NCBI GenBank assembly: GCA_907165135.1 | Contig: OU015566.1 | Location: 6,200,001-6,264,000 of the forward strand | Source: Oikopleura dioica | Lineage: Eukaryota > Animalia > Chordata | Reading direction: 5' to 3' | DNA: 64,000 nt | In this document: positions 31,401 to 42,406 of the stretch, one piece after another | How positions within the stretch are numbered: the first letter of the stretch is position 1 | How the letters are laid out: every line of letters starts with the position of its first letter | Position numbers and translations under genes: made by a program | Notes under the pieces: model-generated | The model's input: the letters and a program-made list of their open reading frames with translations, nothing else | What the model was told of the DNA's origin: nothing | Database searches by the model: none

Positions 31401-34069
31401 GAGAAAACCTAGACTATCATTTTAAAGGCTCAAAAAAGTCGAAAAAGTCGATGCGAGATAAACAATCCGCAAATAGAGAAATTAAAATTTTAAAACATTT
31501 AAATAAAAACCATAATAAAAAGAAAAACTTGAATAATTTGTATTTCCACCTCGAATGGAAGTGGGTTGGGTTGGGGACATAACTGAGATTGATCACCTCA
31601 GAGTCCAACGCCGATCTCAAGCCCCTTAAATTTAAAAATCAAGGAACGGGGCTGAGACGGCCCCTTCTATGACGTGCTTTTTTAAGGTTGTGCAATTTAT
31701 TTCACCTACTTCCTCATGTTAAGACCCAGAACACCATACATATTTGGGATCAGTGAAAAAATCTAGAAACTTGACCGTTTTAGTTTTCGAAATTCACTTC
31801 CGGTTACGATTCTAGAGCCGGAAGTTCACGAAATTTATAAGAAAAACGTGCATATTACCTATCAAATTGAAGCTAACAATGAATCAAGTCATTCTTTATC
31901 GGAAAAGAGTCCAACCGCAGTCAAAAACCGCCGGTAAACGACCGGTAAAAATTGAAAAATTCTCATTAAATCATGCTTTTTCATAATTTTACCGGTCAGT
32001 TTAACCGCGTTTGAGACTGTTTCTTCAAATAAATCGATGATGAGATGACTGAGAATCTTCTGCGCATCAATTTGATAGGTCACACTTTACCATGACTCCA
32101 AAATTTCGCCTACTTCCGGCTCTAGAATCGTAACCGGAAGTGAATTTCGAAAAACTAAAACGGTCAAGTTTCTAGATCTTTTTCACTGATACAAAATATG
32201 TACGGTGTTCTGGGTCTTAAAATGAGGAAGTAGGTGAAATAAATTGCACAACCTTAAAAAAGCACGTCTATACATTTTTGAGCATTATTTATTATATTTT
32301 TCCAAAGAAAGGTGATTTTCGGCCAAAACGGAAATTTTCAAATCGGCCGCATTTTCGTTACCGGGCGTTACCGGACGAGATTAGAATGGATCTATAGAGA
32401 GCATCGTCTGAGCTTTCTTGTGGTGGTCTCGGTTTGGTTGTGGGTCGTTGTGGTTTCGAGTTATTCGACGAAATGTCCGAAATTCGTGATATTTTTCCGA
32501 AAAAATCGCGATTTTACCACCAAAAATCAAAAATTATTAATTTTAACTATTTTTTATGAAATCTCCGCCAATTTTTACACATGGTCTCTTGGTTTCAGAA
32601 TTTTTTGAAAACAAACCATTTTTGGCCAAAATCCCACCAGCGCAACCCCATATATGGCACATCATCTTTTCCGTCGTCCTAGGCCCCATATAATGGCCGA
32701 ACCCGAACCTTAACCAAGATCCGAATTCAAACCAGAACCCGAGCTCAAAAATGAACCCAAACCCAAGCCCAGACTATTGCCCGAAAATGAGTAAAAATGG
32801 AAGAGCACGAAATGATGACGGAGAGAAAAATGGGTGTTGGAAAGCCCTTGTGCCATATATTGCACATTTGGCGGCGTAGGGTTAACCCTCAACCTAACCC
32901 AGGGGGCTAACCTAACCCTAACCCCCATCAAAGGCATAAACCAGAAGGCTCTGCCCTCGGACGCCCCCGCGTTCAAAGTTCCAAGTCCCTAACCCTAACC
33001 ACCAGCCCAGATTCTAGAGAAATTGGATGGCTCGAATCATAGGCTCGAATGATAACCCCTTTCTTTATCGCGGCGCGGGTAAGGTGAAAGAAGAGGTTCT
33101 TACCGAAAACTTGTCTTTTATCGCTTGACAATGCGATCCCAATTCCGAGGTGACTCGTATTCTTCCTCACAACTTGGACAAACGAGTCGACAGGTTCTCC
33201 ATTGGGATCTTTTTGCTTATGCGTCTGGAAATTGTAGTTGTTAATCTGGCTATACCATTTTCTGACAGCATCTCTGCCAATCTCTTCGTAAACTTCTTTT
33301 GTTATTTCTTTGTTTTGGTTGTTTCCGCTTAGATTAGCCCTGTAGATGTTTTGTCCAGTTCGGTATCTACGAATGATATTAATAAAAAGAAAAAGAAAAT
33401 TTCTCAAACTGATTTGGTTCGATTTCAAATGAAGCACCAGATGCAAGGTGTTCGGCCCAGCTTTGTGCTTTTGGATCGGGCTTATACGGCCTCCACTAAA
33501 GAAGGAAAAAATAAATTAAAAATGAATATCGCTTTTAAATCTACCAAGTTGTTAGTAAACATGTACGAGTGTCGTTTTCGATACTCATTATGCTGTACTA
33601 GACAGGCTTAACCCGGGCTCCGCAACCTCTGTAGAAAACCTGAGCCAGGGTCTAAAGGATTCTCAATAAAAAGCCGTGGCTTTTCGGGTAGGCTTCATTT
33701 CCGCAAGGGCTTCATTTCCCCAGCCTTGGATAATGGAGGTCTTGGGGAAATGAAACCTACCAAAAAGCCGTGGCTTTAGGCTCTCACTCAGCTTTTTTAC
33801 ACAGCTTGTCGAGCCCGGTCCTTTTCGTCCCGCTTCTATAGCTTCTTCTCGCAAACGAAGTGTTTTTATCACGTCTTCGGCACTCAATGCAGTATACGCG
33901 TTTGTTTCCTGCTTATCAGGAACACTTGGATTAAAGTATCTTCCTCTTTAAAACGTTTTATTTTTTGAACAAAGTATTTGAAAAATTACTTCTGATAAGA
34001 TTGATTGAGCTCCAATCCCAAATCACCTATCAATTTAATAGCTTCTTTTTCAGGATCTGGGACCAACAT
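28407..34069 (-). CDS. Single gene encoding four tandem CAP/SCP domains
   Basis: Domains at ~34069-30762, ~30710-30043, ~29967-29322 and ~29042-28407 join in frame through phase-2 GT-AG introns 30711-30761, 29968-30042 and 29043-29321; each has AC...HNE, WAE, GQN, WY, FxQ(V/I)xxK, VVCRYW. Confidence 0.8.
31671..32268. mobile_element. Foldback MITE (~165-bp arms) nested in a larger TIR element (~31213-32655) inside the 2.28-kb intron
   Basis: GACGTGCTTTTTTAAGGTTGTGC... mirrored by ...GCACAACCTTAAAAAAGCACGTC; outer GGGGTTGCGCCAGTGGGA / TCCCACCAGCGCAACCCC. Confidence 0.8.
32690..33060 (-). mobile_element. TTAGGG-rich element, reverse orientation
   Basis: CCTAACCCTAACC tracts; terminal GGCTCGAATCATAGGCTCGAATGATAACCCCT. 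Confidence 0.55.
33607..33820 (-). mobile_element. 214-bp TIR-bounded insertion forming a GA-AG intron
   Basis: Removal restores AGRK-A-CLVQHNE; ends GACCGGGCTC ... GAGCCCGGGTTAAG. Confidence 0.7.
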
Positions 34070-34650
34070 TTCCCCGAATGACTCGTTAAAAAGAGATAGG
34101 CACCAAGAATAGGGTTTCAAGATCGTAAGAAACGAGCTGTTTACATAGAAAATTTAAACAGACCTTGGCCGAGTTTATTCGCATTATTTGGCCCAAATTT
34201 GGGGTTTGTTTTTGGGTCCTGGGTCCGGGTTCGGATTAAGGTTCGAACTTGGGTTCGGGTTAGGAATCGGATTTAGATTTCGGTTTCAGCATGGCTCTAC
34301 CTGAAATAGCCGAAAGGTGGCCTTAGGGTAGCTCATCGATATTTAGCCCAACAGTTTCTTTCCTTTTTCAAATTAAAAATCACCTTACCGGAAGAGTAGA
34401 TTCTTTGACCGGTTATCCACAGATGGTGAAAGCTGGCCGGCTAAGGATAACTTGCCTAGTCAAGCGATTATTAATTTTGTATGCCTAGCCAAGCTTCGCC
34501 CAGCAGTTTTTGTGTATTATTAAGAGCCCAAGCGCCGCACAGGAGCGGAAGTAGATCAAATTTTCACCAGTCTCTCTCGCGCGGGCCGCCTTAAAGCATT
34601 TACATGGCTTGGTATCTTGCATTTAGCATACTCTGACCCAGTAAAGTTAA

Positions 34651-35238
34651 CGCTTGAACGCACGTTTGAAAAGTTTCGCTGAACGCATATTGCGCAGATT
34701 TCTGCGCAGTGCCTTTGAAGGGTTCTAGCGTCGACTTATTAAAAGATTTTAGAATATTGAAGATACCTGATTAAAGCTGAGACGCTTGGCGACAAGAAAA
34801 ATATAGTTATGAGTCCTAACCCTAACCTTAACCTAGCTAGAACAGGTGATTTCGAGTACCCAAAAATATGCCATTTTCTCAAGTTTAATCGAATCAAATG
34901 CAAAAGAAGTTATTATTTTAAGAATAAGTCGTCATTTTGATTCTTCAAAGAAGTTAGTTTTTACTAAAATTTAAATAGACCATGAAAAAACAACTGATTT
35001 CGCCAAAAAGAGTCAGTTTACTTGTAAAATTTTGAGGATTTGAAATCCACGGAAATTTTCGGTCTGAAGCCAAAATTTTTACCTGAGGTAGAAAAATTTT
35101 TTGATGTCAGATTCAGATTCCTCGTCGAAAAAGAGTCTGAAAAGTGGGGGTTCATTTTAAATTTTGATCAAGTAAAGTTTGAGTTATCGAGCTTCGAAGG
35201 TGCTCTGCGCAGAAATCTGCGCAATATGCGTTCAAGCG
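34651..35238. mobile_element. TTAA-flanked MITE
   Basis: TTAA-CGCTTGAACGCA...TATTGCGCAGATTTCTGCGCAG mirrored by CTGCGCAGAAATCTGCGCAATATGCGTTCAAGCG-TTAA. Confidence 0.7.
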
Positions 35239-35242
35239 TTAA

Positions 35243-35582
35243 GGACCCCCCCGTCCCCCGTCAATAATTTTCGAAAAATCTATTTTCGGAATTTCAAAAT
35301 TTTGACCCCGGAAATTGATTCTACGGGTCAGAAAACGATTTCGACCCCTACTTTCTGGGGGTCTATCTCGGCTCTAACACCCTCAAAATCGCGTTTGGAA
35401 ATTGGACTTTTTGACAAAAAATGACAAAAGATCACAATTTTGCCTTAAATTTAGATTTTTATTGGTCAAAAAGTGCTCCTTACAAGTTTCTATGATAAAT
35501 TTGATTTCCACACTCAGAAGCCAAAATATGGCTGTTTTGAAATTTTTGATTTTTTGAGGAAAATTGTTGACGGGGAGGGTCC
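35243..35582. mobile_element. TTAA-flanked MITE, GGACCC family
   Basis: TTAA-GGACCCCCCCGTCCCCCGTCAA ... TTGACGGGGAGGGTCC-TTAA. Confidence 0.75.
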
Positions 35583-35744
35583 TTAAGGGATTCTCCCCGG
35601 GATACAAAATGTTTGAGCCTGCTTTGCTGAGTATCTGCTCACGTGGTAGTTTTTCGGTCTTCAAAAGTAAATATTAGTGCCTATCTCTTTAAAACGACGT
35701 CAATATGCCTAATCGATTTTTAAGCGAATTTTCAATATAACCGC

Positions 35745-35806
35745 AGCATAATATAGCATCAAACCGGAAGTGACCCAGATGGAAATGTTTTTATTGAAAA
35801 TAGACG
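35745..35806 (-). promoter_or_regulatory. CAP-family promoter block for the four-CAP gene
   Basis: Reverse complement GTCTATTTTCAATAAAAACATTTCCATCTGGGTCACTTCCGGTTT matches the upstream blocks of CAP A/B/C. Confidence 0.55.
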
Positions 35807-35962
35807 GTGCGAATAGCTTTAGGTTTTTTTTTTGCGGTGGACCGGAAGAAGAATCCTCCAAATACTCAGCTTATGTATCATTTTATTGCTCGATCAAGGA
35901 GATTTTTATACCAGTTAAATCAGCTGAAAAATCTGTTATCGGATTGTTTTATGAAAATTTAA

Positions 35963-36292
35963 GGACCCCCGTCAGCTGTTTTCGAAAAATCATATTTCGG
36001 AATTTTAAAATTTTGACCCTGGAAATGGATTCTACGGGTCAAAAATGATGATGAGGCTGCATTTTTGGGGGTCTATCTCGACTCCTTCACCCCCAAAATT
36101 GCATTAAAAATTGGACTTTTCGCTGAAAATTGACAGATTTGCCCTAATTTTTGCAAAAATATTGACTTTTCTTGGTCGAGAATCTCTCTTATCAAGTTTT
36201 TGAAGCAAGTTTAACCAGAAGACGTATATAGAACCAAAAAATGATGTTTTTAAAAATTTCTATTTTTCGGAGGAAAAAGCTGACGGGGGTCC
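35963..36292. mobile_element. MITE, 15-bp perfect TIR
   Basis: TTAA-GGACCCCCGTCAGCT ... AGCTGACGGGGGTCC-TAA. Confidence 0.8.
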
Positions 36293-36717
36293 TAAGTACC
36301 GTGAAAATCCCAGGTTAAAAATAAAAACGATGGCTTCTTTTCTTCTGTGAAGCCACAATAAATTAAATTATCTTCGGCTTTTCGACGATACTTGGAACCA
36401 ATAATTTGAATAATTTATTGAGTGACAAGAGTCGACAAAGGATTCCAGTGCTTTTTGAAGGTTCATCGAATTAACAAACGTTTTCATAAAACACTTGACA
36501 TGTCCCTTGAACAGGGAAACGACAAGCGCAGGTGTTTTTTTAATAAACAATTGTTCAAAACGAAACGTCTAAGAAAGAAAAAAGGTTCCTCTTCATGTTT
36601 TTCATAACACAGGTGCTTATATTCTGCGCCAGTATATAATCAACGGGTTTCGTCTTTAATTTCATTCATTTATTAATCCGCTCTATTAGAAATTATTTTT
36701 CTATAAAATAGGGAATA

Positions 36718-38254
36718 ATGAAGCTCTCGCTGTTTTTTCTCGCCAGCAACGTCGCCGCCAACTACGAAAAGAGATTTCAGAATTTCGTGTGGCAAGTTCA
36801 AGCGCAGCGGGCCCAACTTTGCGCGGACAAGTTAGAAGAGACCAGAGACCAGGGAGAGTTAAAACTTATTTCGAAAAATTTTGAATGTTGGAAAATTCAA
36901 TAACTCTGAAGAAAGCTACCAATCGAAAATGGATATTGGAACTGTCCCGATCTCGACGAGATCAAATCGAATAAGCAATGCTTTCCACGATGCAACGATG
37001 GATTTAAGAAAACTTGGCAAACTAAACCAAGAAAAATTCAGCCAACGATTCTTGCTACATGCTACAAGTCGCCGAAAATCGATAAAAAGTATGAAAAAAT
37101 ATAATAAAGCCTTGCCATCCTAACTTTCTTTCAGAAATCTCCCAGAAGAAACATCGCTTTCTTGTGCTCTCGACGTAAAGCCGCCTCATCCGTGTCAAGA
37201 AAAAGCTGCAACAATCGAGATTTTCAACGGAACCCTCGTTTTGACCGACACAATCAGCCCGAAGAGGGCGACATTCAACATTGTCTGCGATGATGGAACA
37301 GTGAAAGACGAAATCACTTGTGCAAAGCAAAAGAAAGGTGTGTTTTTCAAAAAGCCGAGCTGGAGCGATCAGATCACCTACTGGCAAGACTCGTGGAGAG
37401 ATGTTTGCATGGAGTTCGCGCCCTTGACCAACTCGACGACTACCGATCTTCAAACTTGCTCTGAGTCTGACAACTTCCCCCAACTTGCAGGAACTACGGA
37501 CAAAATCATCGGCGGAGTGCAAGTCGAGGAGAACGAGTGGCCTTGGATCGCCCATTTGACATTTGACTTGAACGATGGCGAGGAGCGACTTTGCGGAGGA
37601 AGCGTCATCGCCAATAGATGGGTCATCAGCGCCGCCCACTGTTGCCTGGACGTGCTCAACATCGTCGGGCGCTTTGGAGATCTGAACGCGACGGAATTTG
37701 ATAGCAACGAGTATGAGCTCGAAGCCAGCGCCTGGTTCAACCATCCCGAGTACGACCGCCATGCTGATGACAAAAACAACGATGTCTGCCTCATCAAATT
37801 CAACGGAGACATCATTGCCAGTGACCCAGACAGCAAAGTTCAGCCTGTTTGTCTTCCAAAAGAAGTTCATCAACACGGCGCCGCTTGCTGGGTCGCTGGG
37901 TGGGGATCCTTTGAATTTATGGGTGGTCCCCAAAACCCGGATCTGCACTCAGTCGGAGTGAATGTCTTTAGCGCAGAATATTGCCTTGCGAATTCCCTTA
38001 TTTCCCTCGCGGCTGACGACATCTGCGCCTACAAACCAGATCTCAACGGTGACGGACTCGTCGATGCTGGCGCTTCCTTTTGCGATGGGGATTCAGGCGG
38101 ACCTCTCATCTGCCCAACCGATGGAAAAGCAACTCTCGTCGGGGTCGTTTCTAGAGGAACCGGATGTACCTTTGACGGATATCCTAATAAGTACACTTCG
38201 ACCTTCGCTACTTCCAATTGGATCCACGAGACTGTCGCTGCCGAGGGACTTTAA
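36718..38254 (+). CDS. Secreted S1 serine protease with two sushi/CCP-like modules, paralog P1
   Basis: Signal peptide MKLSLFFLASNVAA, K|IIGG activation site, SAAHC, DVCLIK, GDSGGP; 3 exons. Confidence 0.92.
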
Positions 38255-38699
38255 CTTCTGTTCCTTTGAAACTTATTAAATATCTTCATTAAATTTGTCT
38301 CAGTTATATTCTTCCGAGCGTAAAACCTGCCAAAGCAAGTTCAACTTATTTAAGCGAATTCTGTCTTGCGGTTAATTTTAGACCAAAATAACTCTCACTG
38401 CTTCTCTTTGTTATGAATACATGAAAAGATCCATCAGAGCTTCTGCTTCAAAAGTCTTGTTTATCGCACGCATGCTGCTATCTCGATTTAACGAATGCAA
38501 ATAATTGAAAGCTCGTCAAAAATTGATTTCTCTTTTCGATCTTCTAGTGAATTCAACACAAACATCAGCCATTATCAAATCTGATAATCAAAGAATCAAG
38601 AACAAAAACAAACGTATTGAAAGTATCATTTTGTACCTCTGGAATTTACTGAAATCACTTCTTCTTCCTTGTCTTGATTTTTGATAACACAACGAGTCT

Positions 38700-38905
38700 A
38701 CCGAAGGGTCGGCGATCCAACAAAAAATCCGAAAAAACTGAAACTGCGAAAATCAGCCCGAAAATGGCGACATTCAACCTTGTCTGCGATGATGAAGGCG
38801 AAATTACATGTGCAAAGCAGGAGAAAGGTGTGTTTTTCAAAGCGTCGAGCTGGAGCGATCATTTTTCGCTCCATTGACCAACTCTATCACTGCTGATCTT
38901 CAAAA
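38700..38905 (+). pseudogene. Internally deleted protease exon fragment at the duplication junction
   Basis: ISPKMATFNLVCDD..EITCAKQEKGVFFK..WSD fused to FAPLTNSITADLQ; no upstream exons or catalytic domain. Confidence 0.7.
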
Positions 38906-39132
38906 AGTATACAATAGGCCCTGGGCTCAGAGCCGGGATTCGTCTCAAGAGAAACCGCCGGGTCTCAGACCTGGGATACCCCCTAAGAAGTGACGTCCGG
39001 ATCCACTACCCAGGATTCCTCAAAAGAAGACCGAACCTTCAACCTAACCCTTACTTTGTTGATTGATTCTTTAAAAATGCCCTCAAATCTTAGTAAACCT
39101 CCCTAGCCTATCCCTCTCGGGTGATTTTTTCT

Positions 39133-40109
39133 GAGACGGGAGCTTTTCCAGCCATTAGCTTTTCCAGCCGTTAGCTTTTCCAGCAAATTAGAATTTCCAG
39201 CAAGGCTGGAAAAGCTAACGGCTGGAAAAGCTAATGGCTGGAAAACTTCTTTCTGATTGATATTTTTCTAATGAAAATATAGTTTGATAAATAAGTACTA
39301 TTTTTATTAAAATGTATTTACTTTGTGAAATATCATAAATTATGATTCATAATTAATTAATAATCGTCGATTAATATAAGAATTATCAAGAGATCGTTTT
39401 CAAAGGAGGTCAGGATTCTTGGTACTCCTTTTCCAAGTTTGATACTGGAGTAATGCTACCCTTTTTGCCACTGATCCCTTTGAAGGGATTAGCGCCCGAC
39501 GCCGGAGCCACTTTCCGCCCAGAGCGAGAGTTCGAAAAGTCCGAAAGTCGAAAGTGACAAAAAGGTTGAACATTACTCGCAGTACAAAAATCGGAACAAG
39601 GAGTACCAAAATCCCGACCTCCTTTAACCCTACCCGGCCAAAAATGATTTTTCTCGGGTACCGGTCAAGATACCCCATATTTGGCGCCGGAGATTTACCC
39701 GCAAATAAGACTATACAAATGATAAAGGTCAAATTATATGTCTTTGAGGATGCAATAGAAAAACCGCTCTAGAATGAGTTTCTTAGAAATTATACGTTAA
39801 ATATTGTGAGGTACTTGGAAATGAGTAAAAACCTGCTCCATATTTGGAGTACCTTGACCGGCTAGGGTTAAAAACGATCTTTCGATAAATTTCATATTAA
39901 TCGACGATTATTAATTAATAATGAATCATTCTTAATGATATTTCACTAAGTAAATACACTTTTTAATAAAAAGTACTTATTTTATCAGTTTATATTTTCA
40001 TTAGAAAAATATCAATCTGAAAGAAGCTTTTCCAGTATATTAGCTTTTCCAGCAAATTAGAATTTCCAGCAAGGCTGGAAAAGCTAATGGCTGGAAAAGC
40101 TCCCGTCTC
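39133..40109. mobile_element. MULE-like non-autonomous foldback element
   Basis: 9-bp TSD ATTTTTTCT, GAGACGGGAGCTTTTCCAGC TIR extending to ~280-bp arms; absent at the paralogous site near 48335. Confidence 0.9.
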
Positions 40110-40473
40110 ATTTTTTCTGTCATTTTGCCCAGTGCCCCTAGCCCTTACCTCAAAAATAGATAGTATTTTCAGCTAGAACTAATTCTCATCAGCAAAAGTC
40201 TTTTCGCCATTAGATAGAGGCTGTTCACTGATTTTCGACAACTTCCCTCAACCTGCAGAAACTTGAAGGATTAGTTGTTTTCAACTACAAGTACTTTATC
40301 AATTGAGAGCCGCACTTTGCGGGTGCATCTGTCTGCCTAATAGCGGTTCTAGTTCGGCGTCTTATTTATATCAAACCACAGGCAACTGCTATAAAATCCG
40401 CGGTTGTTCATCCACAAGATCACTTTCATCCGCTCAGAAAGAAATTGACTTTCAATTTTGAGTTGAAATAGAG

Positions 40474-42014
40474 ATGAAATTTTCCAATATTATTCTCGCC
40501 ACTAATGTTGCCGCAATATACACGGATAAGTTTCAAAATTTAGCAGCCCCAGTTCAAGCGCAACGAGCAGCAACCTGTTCGGATAAGCTAAAAGAGGCGA
40601 GAGACAAGACAGAGTTTTAATTTCTTTAATTCAATTGATCTGAACCAGGATCAAAAAGGTTTTAACAAATTATAACTCTGATTCAAGCTTACCATTGAGG
40701 ATGGACATTGGGAATGTCCTAATATCGATGAAGTAAAACATCATCTCCGGTGCTTCCCAAAATGCGACAGTGGGTTTGAACCAACATGGTCCGTCAAGCC
40801 TGGTAGAAAACAACCAAAGCTCAACGCAAAGTGCTTTCAGTTCCCGAAAATCATCAAAAAGTAAGATTCAGCGACCATTTGAACAGCGTTTATCTTTTTT
40901 AAGAAATATTGAAAAGGGAACTTCCCTCTCCTGCGTTCCACGAACACCTCATCCGTGTGAAGACAAAGCTGGCTTCATGGAGATTCTGGATGGGTCTCTC
41001 GTTTTGACGGAAAAAATCAACTCAAAGAGAGCGAAATTCAACCTTGTCTGCGATGATGGAACAGTGCAAGGCGAAGTCGTCTGTGTCAACAGAAAAGAGC
41101 AGGTCTATTTCCAGGAACCGGAATGGAGCAATCAGATCACGTGGCAAGACTCGTGGAGAGATATTTGCAGAGAGTTCGCGCCTCTGACCAACTCGACCAC
41201 TACTGATCTGGAAACTTGCTCTGAAGCCGACAACTTCCCAGAACTTGCATCAGTTGAAGGAAGAATCATCGGTGGAGTGCCAGTCGAGGAGAACGAGTGG
41301 CCTTGGATCACCCATTTGACATTTGACTTGAACGATGGCGGGGAGAAACTTTGCGGAGGGAGCGTCATTGCCAATAGATGGGTCATCAGCGCCGCTCATT
41401 GTTGCCTTGACGTGCAGAAGATCGTCGGTCGCTTCGGAGATCTGAACGCGACGGAATTTGACAGCAACGAGTATGAGCTCGAAGCCAGCGCCTGGTTCAA
41501 CCATCCCGAGTACGACCGCCATGCTGATGACAAAAACAACGATGTCTGCCTCATCAAATTCAACGAAGACATCATTGCCAGTGACCCAGAGAGCAAAGTC
41601 CAACCCGCTTGTCTTCCAAAAGAAGTTCACCAACACGGCGCCGCTTGCTGGGTCGCTGGGTGGGGATCTTTTAAATATTTTGGTGGTCCCCAAAACCCGG
41701 ATCTGCACTCAGTCGGAGTCAATGTCTTTAGTGCAGAATATTGCCTTGCGAATTCCTATATTTCTCTCGAGGCTGACGACATCTGCGCCTACAAACCAGA
41801 TCTCAACGGAGACGGACTGGTAGATGCTGGCACTTCCTTTTGCGACGGAGATTCAGGCGGACCTCTCATCTGCCCAACCGATGGAAAAGCAACTCTCGTC
41901 GGCGTAGTTTCCAGAGGAATCGGATGTACCTTTGACGGATATCCTAATAAGTACACTTCGACCTTCGTCACTTCTAATTGGATCCAAGAGACTGTAGCTG
42001 TCGAGGGACTCTAA
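40474..42014 (+). CDS. Secreted S1 serine protease P2
   Basis: VEGR|IIGG, intact H/D/S triad; first intron 40612-40687 is GA-AG. Confidence 0.92.
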
Positions 42015-42406
42015 CATCTGGTGCAATGAAACTCGTTATATCTGCATCAAATAATTATAACTGCTTCTCTCTACTATGAATAAATAAATAGATCCATCAG
42101 AGCTTGATGATTTGTTACCTTCACAAAGAAACAGTCATTTGAATTAATCGCGTAGTCTTAAAAGAAAAAACAAATAAGAATTTTTTTGAGTGAAAATTCA
42201 ATTTAAATAAAATCCGCTTTCAATGCTATCAGGAAAGTTGAACTCGGCTTCAATGACATTCAGGAATGAACTTGAACTGCGCAGAACCTGCTTACTTGGG
42301 AGCGTCAACATGTCAGAGTGAAAACGGCGGGTTCTAGGTTTGTTCCGCTACGAACTCATAAAAGCGCTCTCTTCTTTCGACATTCGTTATTGAAGTAGAA
42401 AACGCG

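Larger units (their letters stand above)
34082..35698 (-). mobile_element. Composite TIR element between the four-CAP gene promoter and its ATG
   Basis: CTCGTTAAAAAGAGATAGGCAC / GTGCCTATCTCTTTAAAACGAC; contains nested elements 34651-35238 and 35243-35582. Confidence 0.65.

Noticed and set aside
33663-33887. 74-aa ORF as a separate gene
   Set aside because: It is the CAP exon reading on into the inserted intron
34215-34280. tRNA-like GGTTCGAA motif
   Set aside because: Embedded in GGGTTC/GGGTCC hexamer repeats; no cloverleaf or A-box
37055-37948. Long antisense ORFs over the proteases (also 41250-41708, 49318-50004) and over the CUB gene (55713-56282)
   Set aside because: Shadows of codon-biased sense exons; their conservation follows from the sense strand
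39400-39772. ORFs inside the MULE-like element as a transposase
   Set aside because: Short, overlapping on both strands, with no DDE or zinc-finger motifs
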